From Bacteroidales bacterium (GTDB lineage Bacteria; Bacteroidota; Bacteroidia; Bacteroidales; JAADJA01): 64,000 bases of DNA. A model generated the notes under the pieces. The model did not search any database, was not told the DNA's origin, and saw only the letters and a program-made list of their open reading frames with translations. The stretch lies in NCBI GenBank assembly GCA_047920975.1, contig JBLRXC010000002.1, forward strand, positions 3,061 to 67,060, read 5' to 3'. Shown piece after piece: positions 48,697 through 59,151 of this stretch. The position numbers and the translations under genes were made by a program. Numbering within the stretch: the stretch's first letter is position 1; every line of letters begins with the position of its first letter.

Positions 48697-49779
48697 ATGA
48701 ACCGTAACAAATTCCTCATTCTTATCATATTGATCCTCGTCCTGGTATTAACAGCTTTATATATCTTCGATAATAAAAGTGGAACCTTTAAAAGCGGGGA
48801 AAAAGATTTTGCGGTGAATGATACTGCCAGTATCACAAAAGTATTTCTGGCCGATAAAAAGAATCGCACCATTCTTCTCGAGCGGCAGCCGGATGGAAGT
48901 TGGAGGCTAAACACGGTTTACAAAGCAAGGCAATCGGCAATCAATACTTTGTTTGAAACCATGAAAAACATCACACCAAAGTACCCGGTTCCTGAAAAGG
49001 CTCATAATACAATAGTTGCGCAGCTTGCAGCTCAATCCGTGAAGGTTGAGGTCTACCAGAATGCATACCGGATAAATCTTTTCCGCCGGATCAGGTTATT
49101 TCCTCATGAAAAGCTTACCAGGACTTATTATGTTGGAGGAGCAACAGCAGACAACATGGGAACATTTATGCTGATGGAGGGTGCAGAGGTGATTTTTGTC
49201 ACCCATATGCTTGGTCTCAGGGGATTTGTCACACCCCGGTATTCCACACTCGAAAAGGACTGGCGTGATCATACCATCTTCAATACTAAACTCTTTCATA
49301 TTCAATCGATAACCATGGAGATTCCTGGAGATGCGCAAAATTCATACAGGGTGGTTAGTGAAAATGATCAGTTCAGTATTTACAGACTTGAAGATAATAC
49401 ACATGTCCCGGGGTATGATACGCTCAGGCTTTTAAACTTTTTAACCGGCTTTTCAGACATCCGTTATGAAGCCTTGCTGGATGATATCATTGATCCTATG
49501 CGGAAGGATTCAGTGATCAACTCTGCTCCCAAAAGCATTATTACTGTGGTCGATGTAAACAATGACACTACTGCTGTTAAAATCTATCATAAGCCAAATG
49601 ATGAGGGGGCGTTTGACCTGGAAGGCAATCCTTATAATTATGATATTGAGCGGTTGTATGCTTCTATCAATGAAGGCCGTGATTTTGTATTGATCCAGTA
49701 TTATACATTTGATAAAATTTTGCGTCCTTTATCCTTTTTCATCCACAACAGAAGGATGGCTGAGTGGCTGTATGAGTAA
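48697..49779 (+). CDS. DUF4340 domain-containing protein (common gldG-downstream partner)
   Basis: N-terminal TM anchor. The start is 3 nt after the gldG stop. Size and position match the DUF4340 genes that follow gldG in Bacteroidota. Confidence 0.55.
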   Translation: MNRNKFLILIILILVLVLTALYIFDNKSGTFKSGEKDFAVNDTASITKVFLADKKNRTILLERQPDGSWRLNTVYKARQSAINTLFETMKNITPKYPVPEKAHNTIVAQLAAQSVKVEVYQNAYRINLFRRIRLFPHEKLTRTYYVGGATADNMGTFMLMEGAEVIFVTHMLGLRGFVTPRYSTLEKDWRDHTIFNTKLFHIQSITMEIPGDAQNSYRVVSENDQFSIYRLEDNTHVPGYDTLRLLNFLTGFSDIRYEALLDDIIDPMRKDSVINSAPKSIITVVDVNNDTTAVKIYHKPNDEGAFDLEGNPYNYDIERLYASINEGRDFVLIQYYTFDKILRPLSFFIHNRRMAEWLYE

Positions 49780-49845
49780 TTTCGATGTTGGTTAGATGAA
49801 ATAAAAAGGACTGAGTAATCAGGAGCGTTTTTTTCAATGTTTGAG

Positions 49846-49918
49846 AGCCTCTCAGGGGACTCGAACCCCCGACCTGCTCATTACGAGTGAGCTGCTCTAC
49901 CAGCTGAGCTAAAGAGGC
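49846..49918 (-). tRNA. tRNA-Thr (anticodon CGT)
   Basis: The reverse complement folds by hand into a cloverleaf: GCCTCTT acceptor, GCTC/GAGC D-stem, GCTCA-CTCGTAA-TGAGC anticodon arm, GGGGG-TTCGAGT-CCCCT T-arm. No encoded CCA. Confidence 0.9.
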
Positions 49919-49989
49919 ATGAGGGAACAATGTTCCCATTGTTAGCTTTGATCCTGCTCATTATTGTTCAATGATCAGGTGTTTGTTAG

Positions 49990-50062
<73 letters not shown>

Positions 50063-50063
50063 A

Positions 50064-50113
50064 GTGGGTGTGAGATTGTTTGGGAGTGTGTGTGGGTGTG
50101 GGTGTGGGGGTTT
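50064..50113. repeat. GT-rich / CA-rich low-complexity tract immediately 5' of tRNA-Pro
   Basis: gtgggtgtgagattgtttgggagtgtgtgtgggtgtgggtgtgggggtttg contains G3+ tracts at 50082-84, 50094-96, 50100-102 and 50106-110. Confidence 0.8.
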
Positions 50114-50158
50114 GTGCATGATTGCTCAATTGATATCGGGTTATCAAAATGAGGGTGG

Positions 50159-50166
50159 CAAAGATA
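50159..50166 (-). promoter_or_regulatory. Bacteroidota -7 motif TAtcTTTG upstream of the tRNA-Pro/tRNA-Thr pair
   Basis: The reverse complement of caaagata is tatctttg, about 95 nt upstream of the tRNA-Pro 5' end. Confidence 0.45.
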
Positions 50167-50259
50167 AGCAATTAAATCTCTGAAAAACAATAGCCCTTTT
50201 GGGTAAAAAACTCATTGACAGGATAAAATTATTTAACAACCGCGAGTAAAAATAATTTT

Positions 50260-50267
50260 TAAATTTG
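50260..50267 (+). promoter_or_regulatory. Bacteroidota -7 motif TAaaTTTG upstream of the 50291 gene
   Basis: Exact TAnnTTTG match 24 bp upstream of the ATG at 50291. Confidence 0.45.
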
Positions 50268-50290
50268 CGCTTTCAACAAAATTTAATGTC

Positions 50291-50890
50291 ATGATCAACA
50301 ATGTTATCAAAGTCGTTCTGCTGGTTGTCATCATTATTCTGGCCTTCCTTGTATTTGAAAGTGTTATGAGACCTGTGAGGTTTAACCAGGAGGTTAACAA
50401 AAGGAGCAATACTGTGATTCAACAATTAAAGGATATCAGAACTGCCCAGATGGCCTACAGAAACATATATGGAAGTTACACCAATAGTTTTGATACACTC
50501 CTCACTTTCCTCAATGAAGGATTCATCCCGGTGGTTAAAATGGTTCCCGATCCGGAAGACACTACCTATACAAGGACAATCCGTGATACCATTGGTTATA
50601 TTCCGGTTGTTGATTCTTTATACGGTACACGGCCAAATTTCAGGGTAGAAGCACTGAGGTATATCAGATATTCTGATAATGTTGAGTTTGATATGGATGC
50701 AGGGACCATTGAAAGGGGAGGTGTAGCAGTTAATGTTTTTGAAGCATCGGCGCATTTTAATGTTTTTCTGAAAGATTTGAACAGGCAGATGGTTGTCAAC
50801 ATTGTGGCAGCCCGAAATCAACTGGAAAGGTTTCCGGGTCTGAAGGTAGGTTCAATGGTTGATGCTTCCCTTGACGGTAATTGGGAATAA
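50291..50890 (+). CDS. Hypothetical membrane-anchored protein with a pilin-like N-terminal helix
   Basis: N-terminal hydrophobic helix (VIKVVLLVVIIILAFLVF) followed by LKDIRTAQMAYRNIYGSYTNSFDTL. There is no G/FTLIE prepilin cleavage motif. I recognise no family. Confidence 0.6.
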   Translation: MINNVIKVVLLVVIIILAFLVFESVMRPVRFNQEVNKRSNTVIQQLKDIRTAQMAYRNIYGSYTNSFDTLLTFLNEGFIPVVKMVPDPEDTTYTRTIRDTIGYIPVVDSLYGTRPNFRVEALRYIRYSDNVEFDMDAGTIERGGVAVNVFEASAHFNVFLKDLNRQMVVNIVAARNQLERFPGLKVGSMVDASLDGNWE

Positions 50891-50903
50891 TCATATCAGG
50901 ACA

Positions 50904-51773
50904 ATGTCTGGAATCTTTGTTCCTGTCGTTAATAAATATGATGAATCGCTAACCGAAGATCTTACCGGAGCATGCAGTTTATCCATTCAGTTCTCATTTG
51001 AAAGTATCTGTTTTTCTATCTTTTATAGCCCGCTCAATAAATATCTTGCCATCGAATCGGTTGATTTTGGGAAATTCCTGTCTCCTGAATCTTCTATCGG
51101 CACATTTTCAACCTACATCCGCAACCACCCCTGGCTTAGACTGCCATACAGTGAAATCAGAATTTTTTATGAAGCGGTGAAAACTACCCTGGTTCCTTCT
51201 CCTTTGTTCCTGGAGGATCACAAGGAGAATTTTGCACAATTCAATTTTGCCTCCGATATAAACCACCAGGTGTTATCTGACAAGATCCGGAATCTGGATG
51301 CATACATCGTATATGAAGTACATAAGGCTTTTTCTGATCTCTGGGCTGATTTTTTCCCGGCGCACACCTTGAATTGTCATGCCGGGCGTTTGATTGATTT
51401 GGTAATGCTGATGAATAAGAACTCACCTTTTCAAAAAAGAGTCTTTATCAATGTCAGGAAATCATATGTTGATATAGCTGTGCATGAAGGAAATAAACTG
51501 TTATTTTTTAATTCGTTTGCGTTCAGGACAAGAGAGGATTTTATATATTATGTGATTTTTGTTATGGAACAGCTGGCCATTCATCCCGAGGAAACTGAAT
51601 GGATGTTATCCGGTTTTATTGACAGAGACACACCCATGTTTGATATCCTTTACAAATATGTGAAAAATATCCGTTTTTTGTCAGGTAGTGATGCATTTAA
51701 ATATAGTTATCATTTCGATGAAATTCCGGAGCATTATTTTTTCAACCTTATAAACAGCAGACTTTGCGAATAA
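50904..51773 (+). CDS. DUF3822-like hypothetical protein
   Basis: The LSIQFSFESICFSIF... pattern and the position directly upstream of and overlapping rsmD match my recollection of Bacteroidota DUF3822 genes. The ATG at 50904 is preferred over the overlapping track start at 50859. Confidence 0.45.
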   Translation: MSGIFVPVVNKYDESLTEDLTGACSLSIQFSFESICFSIFYSPLNKYLAIESVDFGKFLSPESSIGTFSTYIRNHPWLRLPYSEIRIFYEAVKTTLVPSPLFLEDHKENFAQFNFASDINHQVLSDKIRNLDAYIVYEVHKAFSDLWADFFPAHTLNCHAGRLIDLVMLMNKNSPFQKRVFINVRKSYVDIAVHEGNKLLFFNSFAFRTREDFIYYVIFVMEQLAIHPEETEWMLSGFIDRDTPMFDILYKYVKNIRFLSGSDAFKYSYHFDEIPEHYFFNLINSRLCE

Positions 51774-52303
51774 TTGGCGGAAATAACAAAGGCAGGAAGA
51801 TTCACGTACCTCCGGGAATTTCTTTAAGACCGACCACTGACTTTGCGAAGGAGAGTTTGTTCAATGTCCTGAATAATTATGTTGATTTTCAGAACCTTGC
51901 AGTCCTCGATCTTTTTGCAGGTACAGGTAACATCGCTTATGAATTTTATTCACGGGGTAGCAACCCGGTAGTGGCGGTGGAGATCAATCCACGTTGTACT
52001 GATTTTATTTCCAGAACTGCAATGCAAATAAGATACGGCGGATTGTCCGTTGTTAAATCGGATGTATTGCAATATCTGAAGCAAACCAGACAGAAATGGG
52101 GTGTGATTTTTGCCGATCCCCCGTATGATTTTACGCAAATCCGGGAGGTTTATCAACTTGTTTTTGAACAAGAATTGTTGCAACCGGAAGGAATTTTTAT
52201 CCTGGAGCACGATAAAAATCTTACTTTGAAAGACGAAGCCGGCTTTTTTGACCATCGCCAATACGGGAAGGTCAATTTCAGCTTTTTTATAAACAGAAAA
52301 TAA
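51764..52303 (+). CDS. rsmD: 16S rRNA (guanine966-N2)-methyltransferase RsmD
   Basis: MRIIGGNNKGRKI N-terminus, SAM motif DLFAGTGN, and catalytic FADPPYDF. It has a TTG start and overlaps the upstream gene by 10 nt. Confidence 0.85.
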   Translation: MRIIGGNNKGRKIHVPPGISLRPTTDFAKESLFNVLNNYVDFQNLAVLDLFAGTGNIAYEFYSRGSNPVVAVEINPRCTDFISRTAMQIRYGGLSVVKSDVLQYLKQTRQKWGVIFADPPYDFTQIREVYQLVFEQELLQPEGIFILEHDKNLTLKDEAGFFDHRQYGKVNFSFFINRK

Positions 52304-52428
52304 AAGATTAAAAACATTTTTGCCGCGGAGGTAAAAGAAATTTGCTGGTTTTATTCGATTTGCCGGGTTTCCAATCTAAAAAAATTCCTAATTTTACTGT
52401 AAATGTAAATTAAAAAATTTTTATTGCT

Positions 52429-53691
52429 ATGATAAGAAAAACTCAAATTTCATTTAGATCAGGAATCTTGTATTTTACCCTGAGCCTTTTGTTCATCACG
52501 AGCTCTTTATACAGTCAGCATGTTTGGATTAACCAGGGGCCTGTAAACAATAACGACTTATATGCGTTGGATTTTTTAGATCCAATGACCGGTGTGGCGG
52601 TTGGAGACAATGGTACTATCTTAATGACTTCCGATGGAGGAGAATTATGGGTATCGGTTGCATCAGGTATTTTTGAAAATCTCCGGGGAGTTGCATTTGC
52701 TAACGACCAAACGGTTTTTGCTGTCGGGCAGGCTGGCAAAGTACTGTCATCCGATGACCAGGGGGAAAGCTGGGAGGAGGTTCCGGTACCTGGAGTTAGC
52801 TACGATTTGCATGGAATTGCCTTCAACAAAGTATCAGGACGAGGTGTGATCACGGGACAGACAAATGCCATCATTGTGACTGAGAATTGGGGTCTCACCT
52901 GGACCATAGTGAGTGACGGATACATGAGTACTTTTTATGATGCATTGATTGTTGATTCTGATTTTGCCGTTGTTTCAGGCTGGAATTCAATTTTTCAGCC
53001 GTTGCTGGGTTATACACTTAACGGGGTAAACTGGGATTTCATAAACTTCTACCCGACCTGGGGTGGTGTCATGTATGAGGGGTCTGCAAGAGGCGGTAAA
53101 TTTACAGATCCAGGAACAGGTTTTATTGTCGGAACCTATTTTGTACCCGGAGGTGGTTTTCTCGCACCTTTCGGAGGGTGGACCAGCAATGCCTGGGACG
53201 CTGTCAGCTTTCCGCAGCCATTGAATGCGATTGACCTTCTGGGCTCTTTTGGTGTAATCGTAGGTGAGCAGGGTTTTATTGCAGAATCAACAGATGAAGG
53301 TGACACATGGAACACAATTTCTGCTGGAATTGGAAATGTTTCTTTGCATGACATTCATCTGATAGGGACAACAGGTTATATCACCGGAGAATCAGGAACA
53401 ATTTTAAAGATGGTAACCCTGACCGGTGATCTCTCAAATGAGTTGAAGGTAAACTGCATGGCTATATATCCAAATCCTGCAACCCGTGAAATTCATGTTA
53501 CCCTCAATGAGTCAGTCACTCCGGTATTGGTCAACATTATCGACATGAATGCCAATATAATAATTTCCAGGAAGTTTTCTCAGCCCACTAGCAGTTTCAC
53601 CATTGATGCGGGAGAGTTACCCAAAGGAATTTATGTTTTGGCTTTCGAAACAGAGGACGATGTATGCTATGAAAAGTTTTTACTGCAATAA
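52429..53691 (+). CDS. Secreted beta-propeller (BNR/Asp-box, Ycf48-like) protein with a T9SS C-terminal sorting domain
   Basis: Signal peptide and repeated Asp-box-like motifs (TSDGGELW, SDDQGESW, TENWGLTW, STDEGDTW). The C-terminus IYPNPATREIHV...LPKGIYVLAFETEDDVCYEKFLLQ is a type A T9SS tail. Confidence 0.75.
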   Translation: MIRKTQISFRSGILYFTLSLLFITSSLYSQHVWINQGPVNNNDLYALDFLDPMTGVAVGDNGTILMTSDGGELWVSVASGIFENLRGVAFANDQTVFAVGQAGKVLSSDDQGESWEEVPVPGVSYDLHGIAFNKVSGRGVITGQTNAIIVTENWGLTWTIVSDGYMSTFYDALIVDSDFAVVSGWNSIFQPLLGYTLNGVNWDFINFYPTWGGVMYEGSARGGKFTDPGTGFIVGTYFVPGGGFLAPFGGWTSNAWDAVSFPQPLNAIDLLGSFGVIVGEQGFIAESTDEGDTWNTISAGIGNVSLHDIHLIGTTGYITGESGTILKMVTLTGDLSNELKVNCMAIYPNPATREIHVTLNESVTPVLVNIIDMNANIIISRKFSQPTSSFTIDAGELPKGIYVLAFETEDDVCYEKFLLQ

Positions 53692-53763
53692 GTATTCAGG
53701 CTGTCGAGACTGTATTGCTTTTCATCTTCATAAGCTCAGGTACTGAAATCCGGGATATGCCTG

Positions 53764-54654
53764 TTATCCTTTCAGCGCTTCAGCTCCGCTGACGATCTCG
53801 AGTATTTCTTTTGTAATGGATGCCTGCCGGGCTTTGTTGTAAGAAAGATTGAGATCCCGCAGCAATTCTTTGGCGTTATCAGTTGCCTGGTGCATGGCAG
53901 TCATTCTTGCTCCATGTTCAGAGGCAAAAGAGTCGAGCATGGCTTTGTAAAACTGAATTTTCAAAGATTTGGGAATCAAGTCCCGGACAATAACCTGCTT
54001 GCTGGGCTCAAGAATATATTCAACCGATACCTGCTGCCTGAAATCCTCCTGTTGTTCAACCGGTTCAATGGGAAGGAACTGCTCCAGAATCAAGCGTTGG
54101 GTTGCAGCATTCTTAAATTGATTGTAAATAATGTCTATTCTGTCGAACCCTTTGGCAAGGAAAAGATCCATCAGCTTTTCAGCAAGGGGGGCCACTTTTT
54201 CGAACGACATCTGATCAAAAAGTTCATCATGCGACTCATAAATGTTGTATTTCCGTCGCTTGTAAAACTCAGTAACTTTTTTTCCGATGGTTAATAAGGC
54301 AAGAGTCCCTTTGCTGTTCTGGTTCTGATATTTTTCCTCAATCGTGCGGTTTGCCGCCTTGATTACGTTGGCATTGAATGCGCCACAAAGTCCCCGGTTG
54401 GATGCGATCACCACAAGCAGTACCTTTTCAGGTTCCCTTTGTTCGGAATAAGCACTACTCTGATCACCATCCTGCAAGGATGCGGTCAGGTTTTGCAAGA
54501 TCTCCTTTAGTTTGGCGGCATAAGGGCGTAACTGTAAAATGGCATTTTGCGCCCGCCTCAGCTTGGATGCTGCAACCATTTTCATTGCGCTCGTGATTTG
54601 CTGCGTTGATTTAACGGATGCGATCCTGGTTCTAACTTCTTTTAAATTGGGCAT
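53764..54654 (-). CDS. atpG: F0F1 ATP synthase subunit gamma
   Basis: MPNLKEVRTRIASVKSTQQITSAMKMVAASKLRRAQ N-terminus and the ITKEILEIVSGAEAL C-terminus. Confidence 0.95.
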   Translation of the reverse strand: MPNLKEVRTRIASVKSTQQITSAMKMVAASKLRRAQNAILQLRPYAAKLKEILQNLTASLQDGDQSSAYSEQREPEKVLLVVIASNRGLCGAFNANVIKAANRTIEEKYQNQNSKGTLALLTIGKKVTEFYKRRKYNIYESHDELFDQMSFEKVAPLAEKLMDLFLAKGFDRIDIIYNQFKNAATQRLILEQFLPIEPVEQQEDFRQQVSVEYILEPSKQVIVRDLIPKSLKIQFYKAMLDSFASEHGARMTAMHQATDNAKELLRDLNLSYNKARQASITKEILEIVSGAEALKG

Positions 54655-54678
54655 CTTTTACCGGTTTTACATTGGGCT

Positions 54679-56259
54679 TTATTGATAGGACTGTGCGAGT
54701 TCACTGGCTAATTTTTCAAGCATTTTCTGGATTTCATCAGTCCATTCTCCTTTCCTTAGTGTATTGAGCATATCTCTGTGTCTGATCTCCAATTGGTGGA
54801 GGAAATCCTCCTCAAACTGTCTGACTTTGTCCACCGGAACTTTCTGAAGGAGATTTCTTGTGCCACAAAAGATGATCGCAATCTGCTTTTCAACAGTAAC
54901 AGGTGAGTATTGGGGTTGTTTAAGAATTTCCACATTTCGTTTTCCTTTTTCCAGCACAGCATGTGTAGCAGCATCCAGATCAGAGCCGAATTTTGCAAAT
55001 GCCTCCAGTTCACGGTATTGAGCCTGGTCGAGTTTGAGGGTGCCTGCAATTTTCTTCATGGCCTTTATCTGGGCATTCCCTCCAACGCGTGATACGGAGA
55101 TACCCACATTGATAGCGGGCCGGATACCGGCGTTGAAGAGGTTGGTTTCAAGGAAAATCTGCCCGTCGGTAATAGAGATCACATTTGTCGGGATATAAGC
55201 AGAGACGTCTCCGGCCTGTGTTTCAATAATAGGAAGGGCTGTGAGCGATCCGCCACCCTTCACAATGGGCTTGATGGATTCCGGAAGATCATTCATTCCC
55301 CGGGCAATTTCATCCGATTCAATGATTTTGGAAGCACGTTCCAGCAGCCGGGAGTGGAGGTAAAATACATCTCCCGGATAAGCTTCCCGTCCTGGAGGAC
55401 GGCGTAGCAACAATGATACCTCGCGGTATGCAACGGCTTGTTTGGAGAGATCGTCGAAAATCAGCAGGGCTGGTCTTCCTGTATCACGGAAATATTCACC
55501 GATAGAGGCCCCTGCAAAAGGAGCGTAAAATTGCATGGCAGCCGGATCTGAAGCGGTGGCCATCACCACGATCGTATAAGCCATTGCACCATGATCTTCC
55601 AGTGTTTTCACTATATTGGCAACAGATGATCCTTTTTGTCCAACCGCAACATAAATACAATAAACCGGTTCACCCTTGTCATAAAATTCTTTCTGGTTGA
55701 TGATGGTATCGATGGCGATAGCCGTCTTACCTGTTTGTCTGTCACCAATGATCAGCTCACGTTGTCCTCTCCCGATGGGGATCATGGCATCGATGGCTTT
55801 GATCCCGGTTTGCAGAGGTTCATTGACTGGTTGCCTGAAAATAACCCCGGGAGCTTTCCGTTCGAGGGGCATTTCAAATTTCCTGCCTTTAATCTCTCCT
55901 TTACCATCCAGCGGCATACCCAGGGTATCAATGACACGGCCAACCATCTCTTCGCCAACCTGGATGGAGGCAATGTGCCCGGTCCGCTTTACCTTATCTC
56001 CTTCCATCAGGTTCGCAGGGTCTCCCAAAAGTACTGCCCCGACATTGTCTTCCTCCAGGTTAAGCACAATTCCCCTGACACCGGTTTTTTCGAATTCGAT
56101 CAGCTCACCGGACTGGACATTGTTCAAACCATAAATACGGGCGATTCCATCACCAATTTGCAAAACCGTACCCACTTCTTTCAAGGTAACCTCGTCAGCA
56201 AAGCCTGACAATTGCTGCCTCAATATCGCAGTAACTTCTGCCGGTTTTATTTCTGCCAT
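54679..56259 (-). CDS. atpA: F0F1 ATP synthase subunit alpha
   Basis: Walker A motif GDRQTGKT. 526 aa, located between atpH and atpG. Confidence 0.95.
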   Translation of the reverse strand: MAEIKPAEVTAILRQQLSGFADEVTLKEVGTVLQIGDGIARIYGLNNVQSGELIEFEKTGVRGIVLNLEEDNVGAVLLGDPANLMEGDKVKRTGHIASIQVGEEMVGRVIDTLGMPLDGKGEIKGRKFEMPLERKAPGVIFRQPVNEPLQTGIKAIDAMIPIGRGQRELIIGDRQTGKTAIAIDTIINQKEFYDKGEPVYCIYVAVGQKGSSVANIVKTLEDHGAMAYTIVVMATASDPAAMQFYAPFAGASIGEYFRDTGRPALLIFDDLSKQAVAYREVSLLLRRPPGREAYPGDVFYLHSRLLERASKIIESDEIARGMNDLPESIKPIVKGGGSLTALPIIETQAGDVSAYIPTNVISITDGQIFLETNLFNAGIRPAINVGISVSRVGGNAQIKAMKKIAGTLKLDQAQYRELEAFAKFGSDLDAATHAVLEKGKRNVEILKQPQYSPVTVEKQIAIIFCGTRNLLQKVPVDKVRQFEEDFLHQLEIRHRDMLNTLRKGEWTDEIQKMLEKLASELAQSYQ

Positions 56260-56287
56260 GTTTTGAATATTAAAATATTACTTTTTG

Positions 56288-56845
56288 TTAAAATCCTTTT
56301 ATATACAAGTTTACATCAAATTCTTTCCGAAGGTCTTTAATCTTCCTGAGGATGCTGGCGTCGTATTGCATGTCTCCAAAATCAAGCACAAATCCCCCGA
56401 TGATTCTTTCATCCAGCTCTTCCGTGAGTTCAATGGATGCTTTGGTATAAGATTCGAGCAGCGATATGATTTTTTCTCTGATGGAAGAATCCACCTCAAC
56501 CGCCGATGTAAGCACTGCAGGAAGAATATTTTTCTCTTTTTTGTAGATCACAGAAAATTGTTCTGTGATCTGATCAATGATCCTTTCTCGTTTATGCCGT
56601 GTAATAATCAGTAGAAACCTGAAGGTCAATGTGTGAAGGTTTGTTTCAAATATAGATTTCATCACCGACATTTTTTTGGTCTCCTTGATCACCGGGCTCC
56701 GGAGAAACATCATGAAATCGTGATTCTGACGGCAAATACTATTGATCAGCCTGCAATCGGCTTCTACCTCGTCGATTACCTTCAACTCTTTGGCAAGGTC
56801 AAACAATGCTTTGGCATATCTGTTGGCAACGCGTGGTTCTTTCAT
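56288..56845 (-). CDS. atpH: F0F1 ATP synthase subunit delta
   Basis: OSCP/delta N-terminus (VANRYAKALFDLA). 185 aa, in the expected operon position. Confidence 0.85.
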   Translation of the reverse strand: MKEPRVANRYAKALFDLAKELKVIDEVEADCRLINSICRQNHDFMMFLRSPVIKETKKMSVMKSIFETNLHTLTFRFLLIITRHKRERIIDQITEQFSVIYKKEKNILPAVLTSAVEVDSSIREKIISLLESYTKASIELTEELDERIIGGFVLDFGDMQYDASILRKIKDLRKEFDVNLYIKGF

Positions 56846-56866
56846 GAAAGATGATTCCTGTTCAGA

Positions 56867-57361
56867 TTAATTCAGTTTTACTTCGTCCAATAGCTTCTCA
56901 ATAAGCTTTGTTTGCTCCTTCTTATCAGAAAGTTCTTTCTGCATCAGTTTTTCTGCGATCTCAATGGTAAGTTTGGCCAGTTGATTCTTTACATCATGGA
57001 TTGCAGCAAGTTTTTCGTATTGGATACTTTCCCTTGCATTTTCAATAATCCTTCCGGCTTCTGCGTTGGCTCTCTCGCGGGCTTCCTCCATAATGGATTC
57101 TTTCACTTTGCGTGCTTCCCTGAGCAAATGGTCACGTTCCTCTTTGGCCTCTTTGAGTAATTGTTCATTCGAGAACTGAAGCTGTTTCATCTCTTCGCGG
57201 GCCAGGTTCGCCTCATTGAGGGCATTTTCAATGGTCTGTTCACGGTCTTTCAAACCTTTCATGATGGGCTTCCATGCGAATTTCCCTAGGATCCACAACA
57301 GTATCCCGAAGGAAAGGGTCATCCAGAAGATAAGGCCTAAACCGGGTTGTACAAGTTCCAT
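56867..57361 (-). CDS. atpF: F0F1 ATP synthase subunit b
   Basis: N-terminal TM helix followed by a long charged coiled coil. In the expected operon position. Confidence 0.85.
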   Translation of the reverse strand: MELVQPGLGLIFWMTLSFGILLWILGKFAWKPIMKGLKDREQTIENALNEANLAREEMKQLQFSNEQLLKEAKEERDHLLREARKVKESIMEEARERANAEAGRIIENARESIQYEKLAAIHDVKNQLAKLTIEIAEKLMQKELSDKKEQTKLIEKLLDEVKLN

Positions 57362-57450
57362 AAGCTTTCTTTAATGGTTCAGTAATTCTATTTAAAAAAA
57401 CCTGAATCCCAGGCCAACCGCCTGAAATTCAGGTGTTAATCAGCTGTTGA

Positions 57451-57708
<258 letters not shown>

Positions 57709-57770
57709 TTAAGTGTTTATAAAATGTTTATTGTGTTACTGATCTTTAATGATCAAGTTTTTATAGCTCA

Positions 57771-58838
57771 TCAATGATGGTCCTCCGTGGCCATGGCAAA
57801 ATAGAGTGACGACAATAGCGTGAAGACATAGGCCTGGATGAAGGCCACAAGTAATTCAAGCAATGAAATAAAAATAGCAAATGCAACGGAGAGGACCGAA
57901 ATGCCATAACCTGCGGTTGCACTGATATTTCCGAAAATAAAGATCAGGCTGATGAACCCCAGCACAATCAGGTGTCCGGCTGTTATGTTGGCAAAGAGAC
58001 GCACTGTAAGTACAAAGGGCTTGGTGAAAACGCCCAGCAGTTCGATGATCGGCATCAGCGGAAGCGGAAATTTGAGCCACCAGGGAACACCCGGTGTATT
58101 AAAAATATGCATCCAATAGTTTTTGTTGCCGCTGAAATTGGTCATCAGAAATGTGAACCCTGCGAGGACGGCCGTCGCACCGATGTTACCTGTAAGGTTG
58201 GCTCCACCCGGGAAAATGGGTACAAGTCCGAGTAAGTTATTGAAGAAAATAAAAAAGAAAAGTGTCAATAGAAACGGCACAAAACGCTCGTACCTGTGTT
58301 CGCCGATTGAGGCTTTGGCAATGTCGTCGCGCACAAAAAGAATGAGTGGCTCGAGGAAGGACTGAACGCCCCGTGGCGCTCTGCCCCTGGTCTTGTTGTA
58401 TTGTTTACCAACGTGTATTAACAGGATACTTAGAAAAAGAATACTGATGAACAGGGAGGCCACATTTTTGGTAATGGAAAAATCAAGCGGAAGCTCACCT
58501 GTCTCAACATGAACGATCTTGCCTTTGTTGTCGCCTTTCGTCATGAGTTTAAAGCCTTTGTACTCGTCATGACCATGATGAAACTTACTGGAGAGGAAGG
58601 CATACAATTTCCCTTTGTGGATCAGGATGACTGGCAAGGGGATGGAGACATGGGTCTTGCCAATATCCATAATATGCCAGTCGTGGGCATCAAGAATATG
58701 ATCGAAAATAACGGCTCCGGGGTCGTATCCATCTTCGGAATCAACAGCTGCAGCAGCCGGATGGGCAAAAACCAAAAAGATCAACGGTATCAGGAGTAAA
58801 ACCGGTATGCTTCTCAGTCGCTCGTAATGAATGATCAT
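57771..58838 (-). CDS. atpB: F0F1 ATP synthase subunit a
   Basis: Polytopic membrane protein with the conserved Arg helix (LTVRLFANITAGH). The long N-terminal region is typical of Bacteroidota subunit a. Confidence 0.9.
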   Translation of the reverse strand: MIIHYERLRSIPVLLLIPLIFLVFAHPAAAAVDSEDGYDPGAVIFDHILDAHDWHIMDIGKTHVSIPLPVILIHKGKLYAFLSSKFHHGHDEYKGFKLMTKGDNKGKIVHVETGELPLDFSITKNVASLFISILFLSILLIHVGKQYNKTRGRAPRGVQSFLEPLILFVRDDIAKASIGEHRYERFVPFLLTLFFFIFFNNLLGLVPIFPGGANLTGNIGATAVLAGFTFLMTNFSGNKNYWMHIFNTPGVPWWLKFPLPLMPIIELLGVFTKPFVLTVRLFANITAGHLIVLGFISLIFIFGNISATAGYGISVLSVAFAIFISLLELLVAFIQAYVFTLLSSLYFAMATEDHH

Positions 58839-59126
58839 CTCAAGTATTGAAGGTTAAAAACGGGTGCAATTTTACGAATAAATATGAAACTACAGAAATA
58901 TAATTCAGTGAGTTTTTTAAAATTTATGAGATGGTTGTCACGTCTGATGAATTAAATAACAATGACTCTACTGTTTGTTTCACCAGGGAATACTGAGGAA
59001 CAAAATTGTATGTTAAAATGCAATAGGATCAGAAAACCTTTGTATGCATAGCGATTAGCTTTTTGCCAGTTTAAGATGAAGGTTTTGGATATTTTTCTGT
59101 TGCTGCAGGCTTTCTGTTATTATTTT

Positions 59127-59134
59127 TATATTTG
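59127..59134 (+). promoter_or_regulatory. Bacteroidota -7 motif TAtaTTTG upstream of the ECF sigma gene
   Basis: Exact TAnnTTTG match 18 bp upstream of the ATG at 59152, implying a very short leader. Confidence 0.4.
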
Positions 59135-59151
59135 CCGGTTCAATCATAAAA

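Noticed and set aside
55636-56208. Long antisense or alternative-frame ORFs inside well-supported genes. Examples are 55636-56208 and 55697-56134 in atpA, 14435-14899 and 13527-13979 in nrdJ, 10747-11205 in the amidohydrolase gene, 6451-6897 across nqrD/C, and 25872-26237 in the ydiJ-like gene.
   Set aside because: Their translations are low-complexity, Ser/Pro/Arg-rich or otherwise featureless. They fully overlap genes with strong family signatures. These are typical shadow ORFs.
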